DNA of 64,000 nt, taken from positions 38,566,001 through 38,630,000 of the forward strand of contig NC_087436.1 of the NCBI RefSeq assembly GCF_036321535.1, in the 5' to 3' direction. Position numbers and translations under genes: made by a program. The first letter of the stretch is position 1. Every line of letters starts with the position of its first letter. The notes under the pieces were generated by a model, which was given only the letters and a program-made list of their open reading frames with translations, did no database searches and was not told the origin of the DNA. Source of the stretch: Camelus dromedarius (Eukaryota). Positions 37,433 through 51,029 of the stretch are shown in pieces.

Positions 37433-38629
37433 CTAATTAATTTGGATAAACCTCTGGTGAAACCCTGGGTGTAATTACAATGTTTTTAAAGAAATGCACA
37501 CTGGCAACTTTTGGTTATATCCAGTGGTTTTTAAAAAAATGTATCACCTAGGACGACTGTAAATAAAATAGCTGGAAGGGATTATGTGAGGCTAGGAGCA
37601 GAAGTAAAATCATATTGACATTTATGCCAAATTGTTAGGATTCCTGACCTACATTTGCTCATGCAGAAATTAAGCCTCTCCCCAGTCCCCTTCTCCATCT
37701 CAGAATCTTCCCTATGTATTTCTGAGAGTCTTGTTTGGGATCTTGCATTTTCTTGTGCCCACTTTGTTTGTGTCCCTCTCTTCTGACTTCTTAATCTAGG
37801 TACCCTCCATTGCTTCTGCTCCTGGTATCATCTGTGGGAACACAATCTGGTATGTTCAACAGTCCCGCATCAGTGGCCTCTGGAATCTTAAGGTGATAAT
37901 GCAACACTGGGCTTTGTGGCTGGGGGAGAAGGTAGAGACAGGGTTAGAGACGGCCCTCTAACCAAATCTATGCTAGTGCTCTCATGGGCCCTAAAGCAGC
38001 ACTGCTTGTATCCGTTTCATCAAGTCTTTCATAACTACAATTTCGCCAGCCTTCACACCTCTTTCTCCCCTGGAGCTCAAAATCTACCCTAAAGGTTAGG
38101 AGAGGAAAAATTCAATCTCATCCCCTATAATGGCATCATATCTTCGTCACCTAACTTTGACAAAAACACTTGCCTCCTACTTCCACCCAAAATGACTAAC
38201 AATTCCTGCATGTAGACCCTACAGGGATCATCAGTCTACCAATCCCACAAACAGCCTCCCTATATTTCCCGTTCTGGGTTCAGCTAGGATTTCCAGCTGC
38301 TTAATAAAAGTGTAGCTTAGGAAAATCAGAGAAGGGAAAGCTGACTGAGAAAAGGGTCAGAAAGACAAACTTAACAGAGAATATATGATTTTAACAGGAA
38401 ACTGTAGGATTTAAATAAATGGAAAAATGGAAGGCATTCTAGGCTGCTAGTAAAGAGAAAATGGGGACATGAATTTGGCTGAACAAAGACAACGGTAAGA
38501 GTCATTTCACTCATGATTCTTCAGAGATATCCAGTAGAAGAAATCATCTTTTATTCAACCCATAGAAATCTCCTTTCACTGTCTCTTATTTTCAGAAATA
38601 ACATGTACATTCCTGGGAATGATTTAGAT

Positions 38630-38632
<3 letters not shown>

Positions 38633-38660
<28 letters not shown>
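38633..38660. repeat. (AT)14 microsatellite
   Basis: Direct reading of the sequence. Confidence 0.95.
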
Positions 38661-39974
38661 CCTTTCCCATTGTCTTAAAAGATGAATTCTTTTTTTTTTT
38701 TTAAGTTTTTAACCCAAATGACTCATACTGGCTTTGTCTACAATGAGTAATTTCACTTTCCTCCACTTCATTTATGTCAAACTTTTGTTTTCTGTTGAGT
38801 TTCTGCCACCCACCACCCTCTTAACTCAGGCAAACTTGTTTTTCTCTTTTTTCCTCAGCAGCATCACCATAAGTTCCAAATGGCTCCTTCTGCCTCTCTG
38901 AAAACCTGTAAGGAGTAGAAACATCTTCCCCTGTTAGCTCTTCCTAGCAACCTCAGCCTTGCTAGTTGGAGGTCTCAGTGGCAGCAGAGCAAATGAAGTC
39001 ACCTGCTATTCACATTCAGGGCAGGTGGACCATATCTGTGAAAAAGCATAGCTTTCCCCACGACTCAGAAATCTAGGGTAAAACCCAAAGGGACCTAGGC
39101 CACTGTGAATTCAGACCTGGCTTCCAACCTCAGGTCTTTATGCAATCATGCAGCCACCATACAGGTTCTGGTTTACTCCACCTTAGAGGAGTGTGTGTGC
39201 TGCGTGTATGTGTGTGTGGCGTTCCACAAATGGTTTATGTACAGCCACTGTGTTCATCAGAACACAGAGGTTATACAGATACTAATCCCAGGGATTACTT
39301 TACTGTAGCTCATTTATGGCTGTGGTTTGGTCTCAGAGGAACACTTTAGTGAACAGAGTTTGCTAAGGACTTAAATTGCTCTAATCATTTAATACATCAA
39401 GGGTTCTTCAAGAAAGGGAAGGTTATTTGTCTGTTAAGAAAATAAGCATTACAATTGGCTGACAAAACCCAACCCAACTGGAATTAGTTATGAAAGGTCA
39501 TCTAAACAGACAGATGCTTTTGCAGGACTTTTTGAAATAGAAAATGTCTATAGATAGTAAAATAATCCTGGTGGTGATACAGCAGCATTGAGAAGTCCTG
39601 CTTAAGAGTCTGTTTAATGTAAAAGAGATTAAATTAATTTATGCTGAAAAGGCGATTAAATACACACTAATCTATTACTGAAAACTCACCAAGGGCTTCA
39701 ATCTGTTATATTTCAATCTTGATTTTTTTTTGCAGTCACTTAAATACACTTGGATTAAGAAGTAGGTATGGTAATCTGTGACCGTCACAGTTGTTAGGGT
39801 ACAGCTGAATCCTGTTTAAAGCTTCCAGGAGATTTTTAACTCTAAGTGCTACTTGGAACAAAATGACATTTATCCTTGGGAAGTGTTAGCATTTTGTTGT
39901 TACTATTATGGCTGTGACTTCTGTTAAGTAATTCATCTAAAGCTGCAAAATGTTGGCAGAAAAGGGAAGAAGCA

Positions 39975-40145
39975 TTTTCTTAAGGTCTACAATGTCTTGG
40001 GCACTTTGCCACAGAGAGCTTTAACTTTCACACTGATATTCAGCATAGGCATTATGACTTTGATTTAACAAATGGGAAACTAAGAGTCCTCAGTGAAAGA
40101 ATTTGCCCAAGTAAGCTCATAGAGGAACGTGTTTATATTCAAACC
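39975..40145 (-). mobile_element. MIR fragment
   Basis: taggcattatgactttgatttaacaaatgggaaactaagag...atttgcccaag. Confidence 0.55.
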
Positions 40146-40329
40146 TACATTTAACACGCAAATTCTTTACCCCCTCAAAGCTTTTGCTTCTGTGGTTATC
40201 GGTCTGGTATATTCCGCTCGCAGGTCTGGGTCTGGGCTCTCCTTCCGACCTCGGCCTATGTTACCTAATCAGCGCCCTTTCCCAAGCCAGTTCCCTCTGT
40301 ACCCTACATTCCACCATCTTATCCTACCT

Positions 40330-40520
40330 CAGCACCTTCTTTCTTTCCTAAGAAGCATATTTACTTGGTTGTCTGTTTAGTTGGTTAGTTTTTTGCCTAT
40401 CACCTCCTCTAAAATGTCAACTCAATGAGAATAGGGACCATATCTCTCTTACTCACTTCGGATAGCCATGATTTTACATATAATAGACAATTCAGTCAAT
40501 AATAGTTGATTAGATGACTC
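40330..40520 (+). mobile_element. L2 3' end
   Basis: ctaaaatgtcaactcaatgagaatagggaccatatctctcttactcac...tcaataatagttgattagatga. Confidence 0.6.
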
Positions 40521-42399
40521 CCAGCTTTTTTCACTCATTACATTGCCTCTCATGGACCATTAATTGCATTGAAAAACACTGTTCTGTTCATTAACTCCCA
40601 AAATAAAAAATGTTAAAGATAAAATAATAAAAATAAAATGTCCCAATTGGATACTTAATAGTTACATATTACTGTTTTCATACAAATCTTTCTGGTTTCT
40701 TGCACCACTTGAAAATCAAGATGTTTCAACACCCCCAGTGATAAAGTGAGTGCTTATGTACCCTCTATAAAAGATCAACTTGGAACAACCAGAGAAGAGA
40801 CAATCCCAGCAGAGTTACATGTTTTGTGGAGGGTCCAGAGTTCTGTGTTCATGGCACTATTTTAAGCTTTTCCATGATAGGGGCTGGCAGAACTGTTTGT
40901 GGGTGTGCTACAAATATATGTGAAGTGGCAGTATGTTGTTCTTGGGCAACTAACATAAGCTAGGTATTGTTCTCTGGGGATTTAAAGTACCAAGAGGATA
41001 CGATCCCTGTCCTTAAGGAGCTCACAGTTAAGTACAATTTATGCTGACGTTAGTTTTCATGTTTCCACCTACTAAATAAAGTTAATATTGACAGCCACCC
41101 ATCTCCCAGGTGTAGTAGCAAAAGAGGAATAAAGAGCAATAAGGTTACAAGTCTTTGTTTATTTCTTCTGTATTACTATTAGCTGCAGTGCAATCAATGT
41201 ATGTTCATAGCTGACTTTATGGAAAGACTTGATTTGCAAGAATTTGCCATTCATTTGTCATTGTTTCCCATTGCTGGTTGCCTAGTCATGGTCTAACTTT
41301 ACTTAAAGCCTTGGGCCCAAGACATTAAGTAAAGTTTAGAAAGCACATTTTATTTCCCACTCCAATAACAGGAGGGGAAAGCTATGGGAAAGGAGATATA
41401 ACATTTGCTGCTGAAAGTACAAAAGACCATAAAACATGAGCATACCCAGGTGGGAGCTCCAAACACATGTATGATCAAGTGTCATTTTTGAATTAGAGAT
41501 GTAATTTAATTAGCTTTGCCCAGCTTATGACAAATTTCACTAAAACAGTTTATCCATCTAGTTTTATGGCATTCAAGTTCAGAAGGAGTGGTTTTTGTGT
41601 AGTATTACCTCATGTGGTATTTTGTGCAGTTCTTAAGACAAAAGAAGCAGTCTCAGAGAGGCAAGCACAGAAAGGGGTTTCAGTTGCTTACTGAATTTTG
41701 CAGTAACAGTTGCTTACTACTGCAATGATCCCTTCAAGAATGTTGTCTCCAAATACAAACATCAATGATGAAAAAATGGAATTTACTATCTATAGAGATG
41801 TACAGGTTTGACCAAAGCCTTAATAAGGTATTTCCCAATGCTCCCTTTCCCCTCTTCGTTTCCTTTATCTTCTTTTTCTTATACATGAAAAAAAAAAGAT
41901 AAACCATTTTTAAAATGAGAAATTCAAAGCAGGTTGCCCTAGTGTTTGCTTTAGAGACAACTCCAACTAAAACAGTTACACTCAATGAGGAAGTGGCACC
42001 TTTAGTCCTGAATTATGGACAAAATTCTATGGGTACTTGTGATTTTCTTCAACTTCTTGTAATATGCCAATACTCATGTTGTTTGGAAAGTGTTTACAGA
42101 TGATGTTAACAGGTGCATGGGTCACCCAAGAACACCACACCCAGTTACCACCTGTCCGAAATTAAAAAAACACTACCACTGAGATTTTAAATACAGGCAT
42201 ATTTCCTGTAGGTTTAAAGTAAAAGGCCAGAGTTTAAGGCCATCATATTAGAGTGGGCCATCTAGTTTTCTCCCCATGAAGAGATAATAGGAGAGCCACC
42301 TCAAGATTTCATTAAGACATGAGTTGCCTACCTACAGTTACCTATCTGCCTGTCTTCTCTTTCCTCTTCCCCTTTCCTTTCTTGGCTGAAGATTTTTTC

Positions 42400-43370
42400 T
42401 ATCCCGGAAAATAATTCAGTTTTGGTTCCCATAACTCAAGATTGTTCAGCTGATATTTTTGTATCATTTTTCCTTGTGGGTTATATTATTGTTATTACCT
42501 TAGTAACCTGCTACTAAACTGTTAGTTTACCTGTTTAACCTTAATTTTCTTACTCACTTCCATTGAAAATATTTTACCCGTAGAATTTGATATCTATTTA
42601 TTTTTACCTTCAACTTTTTTCCAGTCTCCATTCTTAATCTTTGATTTTATCAACCTCTACAACCTGATATTGCTGCTAAGAAGATTCATATCAGACTCTC
42701 ATTCTTTTGTAAATAATTTGTTTTCTTTATAGAAAGTTTTAGGACTTTTCTCTTCATCTTTCATATTCTAAAATCTGTCCACCATGTTGTTAAGAGTGTG
42801 TGTGTGTGTGATTTAAATACATTCTGCTCAGGATTTGGGGGTTTTCTTTATCTGAGATATAGTTATGTCTTCCTGTCTGGAAATTCTCTATCTTTTCCTT
42901 CCTTAAATATCATTTCTACTCTCTCTGTCTTCTCTACCTGGCACTCATTTTGATGGATGCTGAATTATTTAATGCTATCATCTATGTCTCAACTTATATA
43001 TTTTTGCTTTTTTAACTCTTTTTGCTGTATACCATTTTATGTCATTTCTCACATTTCCAGGGCATTAATTTCTTCTTTACTTGTTTTTGTGTCCTTCTGG
43101 AACTAAAGTGAGATTTTAGTGTTAACAATTATACCATATTCCTCATAGTCACATTTACTACTTTTTGTCATTATTAGATATAACTGACATATAACATTAT
43201 TATTACTATCTACTCTTATTTCATAAATCCCTAATCATTTTCCTTGGTTGTGATAGCTTTGTTTATAACTCTCAGGACATATGTGATATTTAATTCCCTA
43301 AACTGATATTTCTATTAAGTCCATTTCCTTTCATTGAGTTTGTAACCTCTCTTTCATGTGGCCCGTGGTC
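42400..43370 (-). mobile_element. Ancient L1M ORF1-region fragments
   Basis: T-rich antisense ORF1 motifs: tgatattgctgctaagaag...gaaagttttaggacttttctcttcatctttcatattctaaaat...tctggaaattctc. Confidence 0.6.
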
Positions 43371-44469
43371 TTTTGGACCTGGCTGTCTCTATGTCACCAG
43401 TGCATTTGCAGCAACCAAGGACAACAGCTTTTCTTTCCTACTTGAGTTTTCACTCACACTTCTCTGGCCTGGAAGCAGGTGTATTATGTCTGCTGCCTGA
43501 CTAGAGGGAATGGGTGATACGGGGCAGAGACTCAAAGCTTGTCTGCATGACTGCTCCACTGCACATCCCTGAGTAAATGTACTGGCAGATGTCCTTTAGG
43601 AAACATCTGCTCTTGGCTTCTGTTTCTGGCAGCATGATGAGCACTTTCTCCAAACGAAATTATTCCATTAATCCACATGGACCAGCAGCTGGATCCTTCA
43701 CCAAAGCATATGACTTAAAAATGATGACCCTCGATTTATGAGTGGTAGACATCAGAATGTAACTCTACTCATGTGTGTGTAAGTGTGTTCATGTGAGCAC
43801 ACGCAAGTACAGTGATACATTTGTTTATAAACTTTTGAAAAATCCAAATGTTTAACAATGAGTACTCTTGGAAAGCAGAAGTGGGCTTTTTTTTTAATTC
43901 ATTTATTCATATTACTTGAATTTACGTAAATATACATCTGTATATTTAAATTTAAACAATGATTAAAATTGAAGGAAATATAATTTTTGCAGTGAATGCA
44001 CTTCTCTGAATAATCAAATTCTACAAACCAGCAGGAGCCTGCACCTTAACTATTGTTCCATTCCAATCCCCAATGGAGTAAATTTTACATGAATTACTTT
44101 TAGGTGTTAGGCTGCTGAATTTTATCAAATAAAGTTACAAAAAATTTTCTCTGGGAAATTTGCTGTTTTATCTATCTTATAAATTTTCTTAAGAAAACAA
44201 ATCATTACATTTTACTCAGGTTTTTTAGTACCAGAAATATCATACAAGTCTCCTGAGCAGTGGCTTTATTTATATCTTAATGAGTTTGTGAATCTTATAG
44301 CTAATTACATTTTCCTCTTCACATTGGCTGCTAGAAATCTGAGCCAAATAGCCAGCTCACTTTAAGCAAGCAGAGAGAATCCTACAGCAAGCATTTGTTA
44401 AATTCTTTTACCCTTTGCTTCATCATATTTTTCCATAATATTTTACCTTTACCTCAATTTCCCCACTTA

Positions 44470-44545
44470 TTTGTTTTTATTTTGTGTATTTTTGTAAGTT
44501 GCCTGAAATCCTTTTGAAAACAAAGCAGGGTATAAATAACTAACA
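44470..44545 (+). mobile_element. Possible L4/RTE-X 3' terminus
   Basis: ttttgtaagttgcctgaaatccttttgaaaacaaagcagggtataaataa resembles the recalled L4 3' end. Confidence 0.4.
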
Positions 44546-45837
44546 TTGTAAATATGCAAAGCAAACCATGCCAGAACACAGTGACATTTCCATTTATGAC
44601 CTAAATATTACTAGTTTTACTCTGGTCCTAATACCCGTACTTTCATTTCCCCTCCACAGCTCTAGGGAAGCCATTTATTCTTAATATACTTCTGAGCCTA
44701 TTAAGCATCCAAGCGTTCTTTGAAGGAAAGATTGGTTAAGGAAGAGGCAAAATTTCACAATTTTCAATGGGTTCCCAGATAAGAAGTTTCTTCAGAAGAA
44801 CTGTACAGGGGAAAAGCTATATTTATTACGTTTAATAAACAATGTGGAGATTTAATTTGTCATTTTCATCCTCCATTTAAATTTATTAAATTCATTCTCT
44901 TCATATTGTTGCTATGAAGCTTCACTGATGTGCAAAAGAGATTAAAAGCCTCACGTGTAAAAAGGGACTTGACATTTCTTTTAACTATTCTGAGAGAGAG
45001 AAAAATCTAAAATATTCCTTTCACTTTCTTTCCTATTTCCATATTTCTAGCAAAATATATCATGATAAAGCTGTGTTTATTACACTACACTAGCTGAGCC
45101 TACAAAATAACAAAGAACAAAAGGTAGAAAAGAAACTCTAATAAAACTAGGAATAGTCATAATCCCAAACCATAAATTGTGAAGGCTACCTACCAAATCC
45201 AGAGACGATGCCTCAAGCTAATTTATACCTCTCCAGAGTTCTTGCAGAGAATGGAGTTCTACAAAATTAAGTGACAGAGCCCAAGAAGCCTCAGCAACTA
45301 CTGTTTACTTGCATCAGTGAGTTTTATAGGTGCCCACACAGGATTGGAGAATAAAAAGGACCAAAGGAGAAACTGTTTATAATTGCCGCTTTTACTTCCT
45401 GAGACATAGCCTCCTAACTCAGCAGTTGAAATGGGGATGAGGCAAAAAGTATAGTCATATTTGTGGTAGATACCAGAGTCAGTTAATAAGAGAACTACGG
45501 AAAGACAAATCCACAATTTGAAAAGCCACTGATATATAGCACTTCACTGTCTATCTGTCCAAGTGAAGGAGAATGTGCCCCAAAAGAAGACACAGTGAGT
45601 ATGTGACAAATGTTTTGAGACAATGCTCACAAAATGATACTGGCAGCTGCCCTAGATCCCTGTTTCTCTCCACACTATTTTAGTAAATAGCTCATATATT
45701 CAAACCAAGTAATAGCCAAAAGAAACCAGAACAGTACCTAAACATAGATACAAAAAAAAGGGGGGGAAATAAAAATTAAAATATGTAGCAATTAAAAATT
45801 CACTGAAGAACATAGTAGACTAACCCTCTTTCTCAAC

Positions 45838-45939
45838 CTGTATTGGGATATTCGCCTAGTATACTATAAATACTGGAAAGATGAAAACTACATCTCCCAG
45901 ATGAATTTGCAGATGAAGTTCTAATATGATTTAGGTTCC

Positions 45940-45993
<54 letters not shown>

Positions 45994-46332
45994 CAGAGAC
46001 AGAGAGAGAGCACACACGATTCAAATTCAGAACTGAGGAGGTGACAAGAGAATCACAAAATGAAGCGTATCTTCCACTGGTGTGGGTCATACCAGCTGCA
46101 GCAAGGTTCTCCAGCTAGCAACCACAGTGATAGCTTCCCAGCATCCTCATTTCAGCAGGAATACCAACTGCACTGGTGACCACTTCTGTTCTGTAGCTCT
46201 GGGAACCATTTCTGGAAGCTCAGCCTGAAACTTGCTTCTTCAACCCTTCTAAAATTTCTGTAGCCCATATAATACATTATAGTAAATTCCTGTATTAATA
46301 AGCAAGCTACATTCTGCCCTCTGCAACTGTGT
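45838..46332 (+). mobile_element. LTR33/LTR16-class ERVL LTR (5' LTR of the adjacent internal region)
   Basis: gatgaaaactacatctcccagatgaatttgcagatg...tctggaagctcagcct...cccatataatacattatagtaaattcc...ctctgcaactg. Confidence 0.7.
45940..46010. repeat. Compound microsatellite (GT)n(GA)n(GACAGA)n
   Basis: Direct reading of the sequence. Confidence 0.95.
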
Positions 46333-46339
46333 ATCTCCA

Positions 46340-49300
46340 CAACAGAGTACCAAAGAAATGAAAATCTGGAATTTGCTATCTGATCTAAATAGGCTTCAAC
46401 AGAGAAAGTCTCCTACAAGACCTGAATGGTGGGACTTAGGAAAATTCACAGTATCCATTGGTAAAACAGTTACTTAGTTTATCACCTGTAATCACCTGGA
46501 ATGAAGTGCATTTGGGAGTCAATGTTTTGACAGACCAAGTAGCTGCTACCATAAAATATTATGGTAAAAATAAAGAATGTGAAGTTCACGGGGTTGTTAA
46601 TAATGTCTTCTAACTACATTATTGAGGCTAATAAAAAGGAAATAACCAGTGCAGGATTTTAAGTTCCAGCTCAAGGTACGGTGAATATACGTCAATTCTC
46701 AACCTCATCAAGTGTTTCTGGAAGATTCAGGACATTGTTTGGGACACAGTGGTAGCCTGATTAATTTGAATGTAGGCATTTGGGTAGACTCAGATAGCTC
46801 TGAGTTCCCCAGATCCCTAAGTTCCTGGGGGCCACCCTGGTCAGCAGAAGCAGTTCCTCCTTCCCTGTCTGATGAGCAGAGACCTGCCAGACCTAAGATC
46901 CTCTACTGGCCTCATCTGAATAGGATACTTTTGAAATTAATGACAAGTTTTCTTATGTTCCATTCCTTCCATCTTTCATTGCCTCAAGATTGTTAACTAG
47001 AATCAAATCCAAACATTTCATGGTGAGGATGGTACAAAGTCTAATTCAGAAAGTGAACAACTTATACCCCAAAATAAAATGTTTTGTTTTTAATTTTACA
47101 CTGTGGTTAATCTGGAGAATATCATGAACATAGATTCTAAGAGTATTAGACCATGGAGAAAGGAACAAAATTATAGACCAGGATGAATTTATAGACATGG
47201 CTACACTTTAATTAAATGAACTTGATATGCCAAAAAATTCCTTGGAAAATTGTTCAGGAAGCAATCCCAAGATAAAAGAACAGAAGTGTTGGAACAGATT
47301 AATCAGGTATAACGATCTCCTAACTAGATCCCCTGAGAGGGCTCAGAGTATATTGCCCACACCAAAGCACTGAGAAATACATTGCTTTAGTCAGTCAAGG
47401 AAGACTGAAAACCACCTTCTCTGAAAAGCACTATAGCTCCAGAGTTGCTGTCCTTCTAGATTGAAAGATGCTTCTATTTCAATGGCCTCCCTGATTTCAA
47501 TGAGCAGACAGAGCATTACTTAACCAGGAAAAGCAAAATGGGCAAGATGCCCATGATGGACAGTAGAGCCAGAGTGACTATCAAAATGATTTGACCTGCA
47601 AGGATCTTTGGTATGGGCTAGTCCATGAAGGACTGAGAAAAATGGGCAGTTTTACTAAGATTCAGCTTGATTTGTATAACATCAATAAAAACCTGCATCT
47701 GTTCAACAGAGGCCTGACTTGAGTCACCATAAAAGATTTAAGGCTCCTCAATCAATTTCCAGGCCTGGGTCAGTAAACATACCCAAAACCCCTAAATTAA
47801 GGTGAGACCAGGTACATTTCAGGAGAGATTTTGCAATAATACCACAAGTATAAATCTTCCTAGAATATTCCTAGAAGCCTATTCCAAAGAGACTAGGGCC
47901 ATTTGTTAGGATTGATTTTATGTGTAAATATGAATGAGCTAAGAGATGACCAGACAGTTGGTAAAATATTATACCTGGGAGTGTCTGTGAGGGTGCTTCT
48001 GGAAGAGGTTAGCATTTGAATCACACACACTAGGTAAAAAAGATCTTCCCTCACCACTGTGGGCTGGTATCATCCAGTCCATTGAAAGCCCAAACAGAAC
48101 GAAAAAAGCAGAGAAAGAATGAATTCTCCCTCTCTCTTCTTGAGCTGGGACATCCACCTTCTCCTGCTCTCAGACATTGGAGCTCCTGGTTCCTAAGCCT
48201 TCAGCCTTAAACTAGAAGTTAGACTAACAGCTCCCCTAGTTCTTCGGCCTCTGGACATGGACTGAGTTATACTCCTGGTTTTCCAGGCTCTCCAGCTTGC
48301 AGATGGCAGATCTCAGTCCCTATAATCATGTGAGCTGATTCCCAAAATAAATCTTCTCATATATATCTATATATATCCAATTGGTTGTGTTTCTCTGGAG
48401 AACCCTGACTAATACACAGGGGAACTATATGCTGAGAAAAGGAACTACTCGTACCTTCCAGTAATAATTGGATACTGATTCTGAGATGACATAAGCCCCT
48501 GAAGATCCAGTCCAGAATGCCATTTTTTTTAAGAATCAGAAAGGGTATACTCAGGGGATGATTTATAACTGGAGCTTTGGCTCAATTTCATCTCAGTATA
48601 GGCCTCATACATCTGAAAACATGTTTGTGGTTATTTCCTTAGTTCTGAATGCTCAGTTGGAATAGGCATACTCAGCTACTGACAGAATCATAACACTGGA
48701 ACCCTGAATTAAGAATAAAAGATATAATGGTGGAAATAGCAAAATGAGAGCCTCAGGAATAAATCCTCTCCCACAAAATACTGAGTCAAAATCAATTCTG
48801 CACTCCTAAGAGGATTTCAGATACTAGTACATCTACTGAATACTTCAAAAATACTGGGATTACAAATTCCATTCAATTTCCACTTAACTGGCCTGTTTGG
48901 CCTATGTAGAAAACAGACTGATCATAGAAAAATCAACAGATTACTATTAACTTAGTCAGGTGCTGATCAATACGTAGGCTCTTTACTAGAACAAAGCAAC
49001 ATGGCCCTGATACACTGTATGCTCCAATTCTCTTTCTCTTTCTGTCTCTGTCACACACACACACTCTCTCCTTCAGCCAGCAGGGTCAGAAGGTTAGGGT
49101 CATCATTATTCTTCTTCTTTAGCTCTTGGCTGTGTCACAGTTTGGTCTGCAAATACTTGTATTATCTCATCATTCCAGAAGCCACCGTGCTGATCCCCCT
49201 ACTGATGATGTAATTCTGATAGAATCTGGTTAGCAGGAACACGAGAGGGTGAGCAGGTAGTGACAGGAACTCTGCACACAGAGAGAGATGACTCCTAGGA

Positions 49301-50130
49301 AAATCAGTATCCTTCCAACTCTGAAGTTTTAGGAAGTCCTTGAGTCCAAGACATATCAGGGTATGGATAGCCCCTCCAAAGTGAAAGGCAAGGTGCTGGA
49401 CCTTGCTTCCTTATCACAAAAATAGAGGCATGACACTTTAGGGGGAGCTTTTTGAACTTTGGAGAAAATATTTGTATATATTTCTTCCACTAATTCATTA
49501 AATAAATAATTTGCACGCTGCCAATCTTAAGTAGAAGCCAATATTCTAGGTAACCCAGTCTGCAGCACAAGAAGCTTCGTATCCAGCAATTGAAGTGGGG
49601 ATCCAGAAGAACTATTGTTGATCAAAAGGTCTGCAGCAAACAGACTGTGGTAAGGACCCAACAGTAACTGGATCTGGGTCTGACTGAAGATTTACAGACA
49701 GACCACTAGGATTTAGGAGACATGCCGGCCCACTTTTAGAGGGTGAATAGTCTTCTCTTACAAAACAGATGTTCTCTTGCTACCAGGCTCCTTGGTGGAG
49801 ACTGAGACTTAACTTTGAGTACCAAGTAACAGGAAATAGGATTGTTCATCATGAACTGGGGGTTTTTTGCTCCAGGAAGCCATAAAGTTGCCATGTGGAA
49901 GTGGCATGTACAGGATTGGACTAGCAGGATCTAAAGGCACAAGTAAACTGGATGAACATAGGGCCCCCACCTGCTGCTGCTGTGCTGTCACTCCTCCTTT
50001 CAGGAATACCACTCATGGACACCTTGGGAGCTCCCCAGGGCCAGCTGACTGAGGAAGGGAAAAGCAGCCTGGTTTGCAGGAGGTTCTGCATGATACACCA
50101 TACTAATCAGAGTGGTCTGCTGAAGCATTA
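46340..50130 (+). pseudogene. Decayed ERVL-class internal region (gag-pro-pol remnants; ERVL-E/ERV3-16A3_I-like)
   Basis: gag-like IDQDEFIDMATL (47173-47208); protease-like KGTTRTFQ**LDTDSEMT (about 48438-48491); RT N-terminal FPLNWPVWPM*KTD*S...DYY*LSQ (48878-48960); RNase H-start-like WFAGGSA near 50070; many stops and frameshifts. Confidence 0.8.
47904..48416 (+). mobile_element. MLT2 (MLT2B-D class) solo LTR inserted in the ERVL internal region
   Basis: attttatgtgtaaa...gtgtctgtgagggtgcttctggaagaggttagcatttgaatc...tgagctgggacatcc...tgtttctctggagaaccctgactaataca. Confidence 0.9.
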
Positions 50131-51029
50131 AATATTTCATACTCACACTCAAAACAAAGAATATCATTGAAGATTTTAAAAAAGATCCTTCTGGAAGTAA
50201 CAGAAAAAGTGGGATGCTCTGTTGCTCTCTGACAAGAGGTGCTCTGCAAAGTCCTGTGCATTAAAATAACAATTACTAAAATCAAGAAGTCAAAAAATGT
50301 TAACTAAAAACTGCTGTAAATCTTTTAAAGGATAATAAAAATGTTTTTAAATTCTTGTCACGATAAAAAGTGTGTAATTATCAATGTCTTGCTAACTACT
50401 TGCAATCCACCTGGCATAGTGGTTCAGAAGCTCTGGCCTACAAGATGCATTGAGGGGGACTTAGCTGAGATGGGACCCTATCAAGGTCACAGAACCACAC
50501 AGAGCTTGGGAATGTCAGGTACTACAGAGGGCAGAAGTGAGACATGGCACTGAAAATAAGCAAATTACTGAAAATTTGCATATACAGAACAATCAACTCC
50601 CAACTCTACCCCCTTCGCCACATATACACAGATATAAGAGCCAGATTTCTGCCCCCAGGCAAAGAATTAGAGGGCTCCTCTCAAAGAAACTGGCTTTGAG
50701 CAAATACCTTCACACAGTGACATTTAGGGTAGGGTTGTTAAGTCAAATACTTATACTAGTAAAAGGTCAATTTTAAGGCAAAAAATCTGTGAGAAGAAAT
50801 GACCAAATAGGGCCATAATAACAACCAAAGGAAAAAAAAAAAAGGATAAAAAGGTAAGGACTAGTACAGAAGGATGACTGATCCAAATCAAAGGCTCCTG
50901 CCCTCTTAACACTATTCAGTCTCCCAGAACTCAGAGCTAATCTGGATAATGGGAGCTTCATAAATAAACTAAGTTCAGGTATAAAAATTAAAGTGAGATA
51001 TTTCACAACCAGAGGCTCTTATTTGAAAT

